A DNA stretch of 58,658 nucleotides, counting the filler, from Sphacelaria rigidula (Eukaryota): the NCBI GenBank assembly GCA_964200075.2. It is 9 parts of 9 records of this genome, joined end to end, with 100 filler letters (N's around TTAATTAATTAA, not from the genome) between each part and the next. Parts side by side here need not be neighbours in the genome. Positions count along the whole stretch, not along the records: positions 45,703 to 52,130 come from CAXNAA020020125.1; positions 52,231 to 58,658 come from CAXNAA020020126.1; 7 more parts are not named here. One strand, 5' to 3'. Position numbers and translations under genes: made by a program. The notes below the pieces were generated by a model. The model ran no database searches and was not told the origin of the DNA. It saw only the letters and a program-made list of their open reading frames with translations. Of this stretch, positions 49,064-58,658 are shown piece by piece. Numbering within the stretch: the stretch's first letter is position 1; each line of letters opens with the position of its first letter.

Positions 49064-50488
49064 GTGGTACCAGCGGCGAGTGAGATGTGTCTTTCATATT
49101 ATGATCGATATATACGTAATTGTCCCTACGACGAAATAGGCTGACCCTTACTGTGTTGTGGGGCGCAGCATTCCAGTATTTATCATCTGTACCGTACAGT
49201 AGGCTCAGTACACACTGGCTATGCTCTCACCTCCTCCAAAAGTACGTTTACCTTGAACTGGCATTCCTATTATATCCGTTTTCTCCAATATTCGTACTGT
49301 GTGGCTACACAGAACCACCTCACCACCTCATCACATCCGAACCAATACCGTAATAATATCGCGATGCGGGTACTGCTCCGTTCTCGAGCCATTCTTGCTG
49401 TCCCACATGTACACCTCCTGCTGACTGAATCGATCTGAGTACCCCTGAATCATTGCTGAATAATCTCGCTGAACTTGACGCCCCATCTGATATCAACCGT
49501 ATGGTACAACAACAACAGGATGTCTCATCACTCGAGTCCAGCATATATATATATATATATGTAACATACTTTCTGCTCCTTTTTCTTTTTTCTTTTTTCC
49601 ATAGAGCGTGTTTGAATTCCGTTTTTCTTGAGTACGTCTACCTGTATCATGAGACCACGGCTGGACCCCTGGGGGGTCAGTTAAAGTGCGACAATCAATC
49701 ATTCAACACAACCCTGGGCCACCTTCGCTTGAAAATACTCGACTAATTCATGTAGACTTAGTATGACACCAACGAAACAAGATGTGAAATTGGGAAGTTT
49801 GAGCATTTGAAGGCATTTTTCCCTTCGGGATGAGCTGTGAGTAGACTCAATCTACAGTGCCTTCTTCCTCAGGGTTCGTCTAATCAAACCCAGAGAATCC
49901 CGAGGGAGCGTGGCCCTGCATTTTACCCAATCAATCCCAAAGGGAAAGACAACTTCGGATACACTTTAGTCCGGTTCATTTTCCGATGCCATGAGAGGAG
50001 TTGAGGATTGGTCTTACTGTTGGACAAGAAAGGTGTCCATCTTGGGCCCTTCGAAGGTTTGAACGTTCTTTCCGACCCGGGCCTTCACCTAGTTGAACCG
50101 TGCACTTTGGGCTTTGTCAACATTCCATCATTTGAACGTGCTGTGCTCATCATCACCCCGCAAACATTTTTAATCCCCTCCTAGCCATGAGAAAATTCGG
50201 CGGAAGAACATTTTTTAACACACCAGAAACGAACGGTGCGCTGACATATTGCCACACGCGACGAGCTGTACTGCACTGCACTTGTGCTGTGTTGTGGATG
50301 CTCACTGAACACGCATTGTGGGAATACCCCGTCGTCTACTGCCTCCAAGAAGTAGCAGCATCCGTACACCTGCGCACGCGAAATTCACTACCAACAATTC
50401 ACCACAAACTGGCCTTCTATCTCTACAGTATCACCCCTTCTGCACCACCCGTGCTGCTGCTGAATCACCAACGACCCCCAAGATCGTC

Positions 50489-50549
50489 ATGCGCCTTTTC
50501 GCTGCCTTGTTCGCCCTGGTTTCGGCCGCCAGTGTCGTCATCTCGTCCG
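50489..50549 (+). CDS. First coding exon of a secreted or ER-targeted protein (signal peptide MRLFAALFALVSAASVVISS)
   Basis: gtcATG start, basic residue then hydrophobic h-region, canonical donor G|gtgagt. Confidence 0.65.
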
Positions 50550-51911
50550 GTGAGTGAGTGGAATATACCGGCGAGCGAGCGTGTCCTCGGGGGTCTCGCC
50601 GTCATTATTCGCACGAGACATCCAAGTCACGCAAATTCAACAACACGCGCCGTGATCTATTTCATGAATGAGAGTGGTGCATGTATCGTTTCAAGTGTCA
50701 ACGGCTCTTCTTTCAATTAACGTTCCAACTTGTGACATACGTCTCTACACTTCATGGTACACGTCTCCGCGTACTACTAGACTCTCTCTCTCTCTCTCTC
50801 TCTCTCGACCCTGAAGTATACCGCCCGGTCTTGACAGAATAACTTTAGAGTGGGTGTACAGTATTACAACTCTGCGAGCTTCGGTGGTGTGAAATCAAAC
50901 ATACCAAAAGAAAATCTGAAGGGCTTTCTTCCTGCGATCCACACGCCCTGATAATAAGCCTTCGCTTCAAAGACTCCTTTAGCCCCATAAGCACCATATT
51001 TTTGTCCCAAAAGAGCCCACGGTGTACAGGCCTAGCTGATGATGAAAAGTAGCAGCGAATTTATCGCACGGCTGTTGATATCGAGAGCAAAACCCAACGA
51101 AAACCGAGGGTGCCGGTAAATAGGAATTTCGGATACCATGCCCCTCCCCCCGACCATCCCACTGGGGGGGCAATTTTTGACATGCAGGAACATCGCACTC
51201 TTCATGCTCCCAGATCAATTACCGTTTCTCCACCCCCGAAGGCAGGATCCCGGCAGCCAAATTTGACGATTGTGGTTAAGGCCCGCCTGGATCCTTTACT
51301 AGTACAAGTAGAACATCGACATACCCACGGTGTACAATGACCCTGTACGTAGGGGGTCCATGGTGTTCCCCGTCGTATATCGCCCACCTCCCTCCCCCCC
51401 CGCTCATCGCCCCCCTTCCACCCTAAAATCATCAAATTTCAACTTTATGGGGAAAATACTACTGTGGCGACTTCAAAAAAGTTCATGGGCACTCTCACAA
51501 TACTGCATGTTGCCAGAGTAAAAAGGGCGCTTGTCCTCATGATGAGCGAGCAACAAGCAGCGAGTGAGGGAACAAGCTGTTTGGAATGCAATAAAATAGC
51601 GTTGTTCAGACTTTTGTAGCTCATGTGTTCATTGCGATACTACTGAACTGAACATCGCAACTTGTACCGTACCATGACTGTATGTGTATCTCGGGCCACA
51701 TCGGTCTGGCATTTGATATATTGATCTAGCGTGCCGCCCAGGTGTACGATTCAATGGTGTTCGTAACTGGCGCGTGTGGGGGGACCTGTATTTACCCCGT
51801 CGCTCTCGGGGAATTCTAGAATGCCGATTGTGCAGTATTATGATGTGCTGCTCGTCCGTGCCGCATGGCACTTAACCCTTAGACTGCGGTGCGGGCAGTC
51901 TATTTGGACCA

Positions 51912-51956
<45 letters not shown>

Positions 51957-52857
51957 CTTCACATTAAAAACCGTTCCGATATCTGCGCGGGACATTGGTA
52001 CTGGGCATCTTATTATTATGCGGACGCCTTCCGTGGTCACAGGCTAGCAGAAGAAACCAAAATAAAATAAAATATACCCAGAGTAAAAAACTCACAAAAT
52101 GCGATACAAGCAAACAGGAATAAATCAGAANNNNNNNNNNNNNNNNNNNNNNNNNNNNNNNNNNNNNNNNNNNNTTAATTAATTAANNNNNNNNNNNNNN
52201 NNNNNNNNNNNNNNNNNNNNNNNNNNNNNNCACCGTTCGTATTAGAAAACAATGCTCGTGGAGCACTTTGCAGCTTGGGGGAGACAGATTTTGATGGAAA
52301 GAAACTTGTCAGGGCCCCCATGTGTGTTGTATCCGCCTGCAAAAGTCATCCCTCGTTCATCGATGCCTGTTTAGGGAAGAGGGAAGACGCCCTCCTTCAC
52401 CTTTTGAAGGTGTCTCTACTTGAAGTAGGAGCGGTGATCCATCTCGAAAGGGATGCGTGATCGATGGTCAAACCACTGAGGCCAGCAACAAGTGAGTACG
52501 CCCTCAGGTCCGATTGCACCTGTTTTCTCAAAGGGTCTCCTTGCTGGCGATCAGATTGGATGCGTTGGTGAGGGTATACAGAGCACGATCATTCGCCATT
52601 GTGTTTTCCCCCTTGCGGTGTCGGATGAAGTAGGCGTTTCCCCCCGTGCTGAGGGCACTCCGCATACCTTCGTTCCTTCGCTAACTGTGCGGAATGACCA
52701 GTACTCACACCTGTTTAGGAACCTTGATCGGTGCTGTTCGGGCATTCTCGGGTCTACCACTTGGGGAGCTACGTGATGCTACTCGACAAAAACAAATGAG
52801 GTTGATTTGCTGCGAATGGAGTGCAGTACTCTCAAACAAGGGGTATTTGTAGCTCAC

Positions 52858-52960
52858 CGTTGATGGTGGCCAAAACCTGCTGCGGGTCCGTGGAGAACAG
52901 CCCAGTGTCCAGAGAGCCCAGCAGACCGCCCACCAGCTCCCGTTTCTCCGATTCACCCAC
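52858..52960 (-). CDS. Candidate internal exon VGESEKRELVGGLLGSLDTGLFSTDPQQVLATIN; product unknown
   Basis: ctaacag acceptor, G|gtgagc donor, GC3-rich open frame, 103 nt. Confidence 0.5.
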
Positions 52961-53956
52961 CTGTTAGCCTTAAGCTGCAACCTTCCCGATATATGGTTAC
53001 GCCCTCTTCTCAGATGTCTAGTAAACCGCCATTGGCTACGATTGGTGGAGCCGCTGTCGATGCCCGATCTCACCCCTTATCCCGAGTTGGCTTTCGTTGC
53101 GCGTAGTGGTCGTCCCTGGAGTTTGCGATCGCGGGTTTCTCACGACAGATGTACCTGGGGTGTACTTTCGTGCCTTAGGCAATGGCTCTAGCAAAATATT
53201 TGCCAAAATAAACACCATGGATGGGCGAGGCTGTAGCTTGCAACATGAAAGTAGTAAAAACACATAGCGAAGATGGCTGTAGAGTAAACTTTCCACGGGG
53301 AGTAGAGAGAATATTACTGAAAATGTAAAAAGAGAGGAGAAAAACGGCAGAAAATCAAGGGGTACCATACGGCAGACAGAGGGGCAAAAGGAAAAACAAC
53401 TGATCGAGTCGGTGAAAGGAGAGAATGACACAATTAGTGCACCGTGGGCTACGACTGTTAAATGCAGACGACGAGGGAAAGGGATCACTAGTATAAAACA
53501 GTGTGATCGCGAAAGAGAAAACAAATTAACAGCAAGAAAAATACCAGCGGGAGAGGAAATGAACATGGTATGATGCGATACCAACCACCATGGTATGACT
53601 CGCGGCATTACGCAGGCACGTTGGGGGCGACAGGAGCAACCAAAATCGAACAGCAAAAGCGGCAGGGGCGGACGGGGGGGCGTCGTATCAGTGCGTGCTC
53701 TTCCGATGTTCGTGTGCAATTTCGAAACATCAAAACAAAATCAAGACGTAAATAGTAGATAAATATATATAAAAAATGAAATGAAATGAAATGTGGGTCA
53801 CTGTGAAGAGTCGAACGCAACGCTACAGTAGAGAAAGGGTGGACAAAACAATATGATCAAGGCGTGAGCCCCGCACGTAATATCTTATACAATTGATGTG
53901 TCTACTGCTGCCGAGCAACGGCACTGGTTGCCCCAAGTTTCCCGGCGTGAAGAAAC

Positions 53957-54024
53957 CCATGTAGTGACGGTCCTCTGTAGTGTAGTGACGATCCCATGTA
54001 GTGTAGTGACGGTCCCATGTAGTC
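53957..54024 (+). repeat. Minisatellite, 21-bp unit x~3 (CCCATGTAGTGTAGTGACGGT)
   Basis: Direct inspection. Confidence 0.85.
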
Positions 54025-57000
54025 AAGTGACGATATGATGTGTCGATAGGTAGGCCGATGAGAAGATCCGAAAGTAGTGGCGACATGTTGTGGCGAGGAG
54101 CGGAATCGAATCCAAACGACTTGACCCGCGCAATGACTTTTCACAATGCCGTACATCAATCAATCATACTAGGGGCCATTCGTCATTTGCCGGGCGTTGA
54201 ACATGTTTCGCCCCCAGGATAACTTCAACATAAATGCCCCGTATGTTGGTCAGAAATTCATTCGGACTCACACAGAATGATCCGAACAACTGCTCGAGCA
54301 GTCCTGTTTGTGCGCTCAGGGTTCTTGGGTACGAAACTGCAGACAGCGTAAACACGCTGCCCCCGCATGCAGTACAGTGCAAACACAGTGCGATCACGTA
54401 CCTGGCTAACACAGTGCAAACACCATGCGAACACGTACCTGGCTAAACTGGATAAGTACCGCTGCACCAGATCTAATAGGAGCGTGACATGTAAGACACA
54501 TCTGAACCGCGCACATTGCACGCGGAGTGCGGTCTCTCAATGACTGACTGTTCGCAAGCCATCAACAGCCTGTATATATACCTACCTCCAGGAGGATTTA
54601 ACCCCCAACTACTGGCTATGTGCACTCTGCGCACGCATGTTCGCCGGTTACCGTCTCGGGCCACTTCACTCCACTCTCTAGTAGTGGGACAACAGCACTT
54701 ACCTGCAGCCTACAAAGCACTTAGTACACAATGCGCACGTTGTACTGTACAGTAAAATCCAGGCCTCTTATGAAAGAATGTGTACTGCACTGAGAGGCGT
54801 GAACAGAATTTTCAAAATTCGCTCGTTTTCCAGCGCAAGCTCGTGCACAGGCGAACGCATGCTGTCTGCAGCATTCTGTCGTAGCGATGGTGTGCGTGGG
54901 TTACCACGCCGTGAACACGCAGGGACGTGTATAAGGGTGCTCGACAGGATGTACTTACAGTGCCACTTTGGCGTGGGAAATATCAAAGCACAAGACAGCT
55001 GCGATCTGGCCGGCTCGATGGTTGCTTCTAGAAACCCAACGGCATGACAGTTGTTCGCCCGAAAGACACTGGCCGGTGCTTGGCGTCCTCGAAGCTCGAA
55101 CAGAAAGCATGATAATCATTCTACACCGTATGCAAACACAACGTAAAACAGGACAGCTCTATAGCGATGCGACTATGCAGTACTGGTTATCTTTTCGATT
55201 GGTCACCATGTCGTGGTCTGATCACGAGGTGATACTGGTGTCACTCTCAAAGAACATACCAGGCCAGGGGTAGCACGAAGCTAGCGGCTGGCTGCACTGA
55301 ACGATTGCAGTCGAGAGGAATCACCCTTGAACTCGTGAGTAACAGACCCTTGAGTCCGACCAACACTGCATCGTAGGGTCAAGCAGGGACCCACTTTCAC
55401 GTGCAGAAAAGGTGCTCTTGACTTGCTTGCAAGCAGGATGTCTCCAAGTGTGGCTGATAGCTTTGTTATTTGGCTTAGCTAGGTAGCTAAAAGTTGTGAC
55501 AACCTGGGCACGCAACACATCATACCGGATAATAACACTCATATGCGAATGGAATAAGACCTACTGCACATACATGCCATGCGTGCTTCGAAACGCCTAC
55601 TATTTGTACAGCCGATTTCTGCCGTAACAGTGTCTCCAGGCCTTTTTGAAGACGGTTTGATCTCCGCTGGGACTGACTGCGTGAGTTGTTTCGTTACCGT
55701 CGTGACGTTCTTCTCCTCGAAAGATCATGCTGTCAACACGTAGTGCCCTCTAGACACTGTTGTTCCTGTTGACACCATCATGGTGTGTTGATTACTTCCC
55801 CTCGAGCCAAACGAACAAGGCGCTTCCCAAACCCACCATTTATATGCTGTACTTGTCGCTGTGCTGTTGTGCATCGAAACACTTTACGACGATCACGGTG
55901 CGATGGGCGCTCGAGAGTGCCAAAAGCAGTTGTAGTGCTGCATGCGCTGTTTCGGCATGCACAGAGTTGGGGTGGCACCAAATTATTTATCGCCTTTTGG
56001 AGGAATGATACTTGGTTTGGGACTGAACACGCATAAAACACCGTATAATACGACCTACTACTGCTTGTTACATATAGTTTATCTGGATGCTCCTCAAATA
56101 TAGAGAAAAAACTGGAGGAGAAACCATCATGACTTTACGTCCACCCGCACTCAAGTGCGGACAAAGTCAGTACCAGTTGTATATCTTCGCTGGACTCAGC
56201 AGCAAGAAACAGTGAGCGTGTATCGTTCTGCACTTAACACAGTCTACTGCACGCTATTGGTGTCTCTACTTAGTGTTCCACAGCAACACGACAGTGTGAA
56301 GCTATGTTGGCAACACAAGAGGGGTCAAGCAGGCGGCAAAGACAGGCCACGAGTAAAAAGTACGTCGTTTGTGCCCATGTGATTCATGATTTGTGATCAA
56401 AATGATTCTCCTGGTCTGCAACAACTTCTGGGCAAACCGGATACACGTCACGCCAATCACTGTGTCAAGTTGTCCTCAAAATACTATTTCATTGTGCATA
56501 TGTTGCTGTTGCTGTGCTGACCTCAAAAGAACACCACAACCACACCATCACCCATTGATTCGCCATCTTCTGGGCGTGTGCTCTGGTGCTTGCGCGAGCA
56601 GCGAGGTGGTTGGTGTGGTGTGTGTTGTCGGGGAGACTGTTACACGTTACACGTCACGCCTGTTGGCCAATAGCATCTCCTATTAAAAGTCCAAACCGAG
56701 CGAAACGCAACCATCGGACTTTGGACTGACTTTGGACTTCGGGGGAATTGTAAAGTCCCAGTCCTGACCCGAATTTGGTCTTCGCACACGCCGTCACTAC
56801 TGTGCTGTCTGTGCTTGCAGAGTACAGCCTGTACTCGGACAGGGCAGGTGAACAACACGCACATAGTTCACATGAACGCAGCTACACGCACAGAGAACAT
56901 GCTCACGGGCAGGGTATACTTGTAACCTTGTACTACTTACTGCATGTCCGAGTACAGGCTGTACTATCCCAATTTTTGGTCAAGAACAAAACTGTGACCT

Positions 57001-57227
57001 ACGGAAAACGCATAGGTGCTCTGGAACGGTCTCAGAGAGCAGAGAAAGTCATTCAAGGTTGTCGACATCCGCTGAGCCGTGTTTTCGGGGCAAAAACGAC
57101 TGAGAAGGGTGAAAAAAGCACTTTTCAACAAGTTATATTTTTCGATACATAAGAAGTAGCCTATAACAAAGGAAAAGGAAAAAAGAAAATCGGAAGCGCG
57201 ATGCAAAGCAGAGCAATCTATGGATTA

Positions 57228-57687
57228 GATCACTTTGTATGGCAACGAATCCTTATCTGTACAAATATGAGGATTTCAGCCCGTTTAAATCCGATTTTCC
57301 CCCGTGAATTGACTTTTTGGACCCCAGCCCGTTGGGCAATATTTTTCGCCCAGCTCTCAGGAAACCAGACCAATTCTCCGATTATCTGGGCGCTAACGTT
57401 TGGTTCACCACCTTTCTGCTCTGATCGGAAGACTCCCGCATCTCCCCTGATTTGGGCCCCAGGTTCGGGGGAGATGCGGGAGTATCCCGATCAGAGCAGA
57501 AAGGTGGTGAACAAAACGTCAGCGCCCAGAGAATCGGAGAATTGATCTGGTTTCCTCAGAGCTGAGCGAAAAACATTGCCCAACGGAGTGGGGTCCGAAA
57601 AACCAACTCACGGGAGAAAATCGGATTGAAACGGGCTGAAATCCTCATATTTGTACGAATACAGATCGGTTGCCATACAAAGTGATC
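57228..57687. mobile_element. Fully palindromic fold-back MITE with TTA TSD (PIF/Harbinger-like)
   Basis: TTA|GATCACTTTGTATGGCAAC ... GTTGCCATACAAAGTGATC|TTA; ~230-bp arms with almost no spacer. Confidence 0.75.
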
Positions 57688-57766
57688 TTACACATGTTAC
57701 AATGTTTTCGTGAGATTGAGAGCAGGGCACTGACTGAAAGTGGCTTTGATCATTCGCTTTAACTTA

Positions 57767-58345
57767 CAGGCTGGTTTACGCAAAATACCCAAGATTCCGT
57801 CATCAGCAAATGCCTTCCGCAATATGCACCCAATAGTCGAATACATGATCTTATATTGACCGCAATGAACAGACGGAGAGGGTGACATAGCCGGAATGTT
57901 GGTAAAGGTTATAATAGCGGTGGCGCTGTGGACAAAAATAAATGTGTCTCGACCGATCATCTTTTGAAATTGTTCCGGAATCGAAAAAACGAATTCCGAG
58001 CCCGATTTCCATCGAATCTCCACATACATGCGTCAAATCGCAGTAACCGTCATCACGTCGGGAATCTAACGGGAGAAACAGGTTTGAAAACGGTTCCAAC
58101 GGGGTCGAATTATGCCCGAAACCGTAATGTTTTGTTGGTGTGAAGTTTTGGCGTCGTCTAATTTCCACTCATGATACGCACGAAAGACCCAGGGAGCCTC
58201 ATGATGATTTCCCTATATATGTTGTAGAAATGCTCAGATCATCCTCCAGCTTGGCAGTTCCGTAGGTATTAGTGCTACAAATGGAAAATTGTATTGGCAA
58301 GATTTCAAAGTTTCTTTTTTCTCTATCGGCGTCCGGGGGTCCCGG
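57767..58345. mobile_element. Third copy (left part) of the CAGGCTGG-TIR element seen at 8976-11461
   Basis: TA|CAGGCTGGTTTACGC. 57800-57900 aligns with 9061-9165 and 58000-58340 with 9210-9545. Confidence 0.7.
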
Positions 58346-58658
58346 TACGAGCTGGGCCAGCCAACAATAGGTGGTTTTCTCGCTCAGGCGACGCACGGCG
58401 CGATATTAGGAGTTGGACGCTGAAATTTTGACAGCAGCTTGTCATGATCGATATCCGGAACATCACGTGAGCTGGAAAAAAAAATGAGGAAGTTACGGAG
58501 ATTCGAAATTTCAGCTGAAAAACAAGATAATGCCATGAGTCCAGCAAAAAAATGAGAAACCGCTCACGGGACGTGTTATTTCCTTGGATGCAGAAGGTCT
58601 TCGTGAAATTTCAGCTCAAGAGTCGTCGAATTGGGCCGTGCGTGCAACGTTTTGCCTG

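Noticed and set aside
53041..53060. LTR primer-binding site TGGTGGAG
   Set aside because: There is no preceding LTR end (CA) and no downstream gag-like frame.
56551..56566. Minus-strand start exon MANQW
   Set aside because: The UTR context is plausible, but the donor is weak (gtgatg) and there is no supportable link to downstream exons.

Overview
Eukaryotic, intron-rich and repeat-rich DNA, most consistent with a brown alga (Phaeophyceae). That assignment is an inference from the style of the repeat families, the splice-site context and a sigma-like GST. The window is not one locus. It consists of nine contigs of 6429 or 6428 bp (1-6429, 6530-12958, 13059-19487, 19588-26016, 26117-32545, 32646-39074, 39175-45602, 45703-52130, 52231-58658), joined by 100-bp N/TTAATTAATTAA linkers and ordered by length, so nothing should be read across a linker. 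Coding content: a degenerate Ty3/Gypsy pol (PR-RT-RH-IN) whose integrase tail carries a chromodomain-like segment and then a PWWP/Tudor-like segment; the last three exons of a glutathione S-transferase; a large exon of a TBL/PC-esterase (SGNH) protein; a signal-peptide first exon; and a few candidate small exons. Repeats: tRNA-derived SINEs, a structured ~240-nt retroposon with 12-bp TSDs, LINE 3' ends (one family ends in poly-C), and piggyBac-, Harbinger-, hAT-, mariner- and Ginger-like MITEs. Contig 5 also holds a cluster of long fold-back hairpins (up to 309-bp arms) resembling long small-RNA precursors. All family assignments come from reading motifs by eye; no searches were run.
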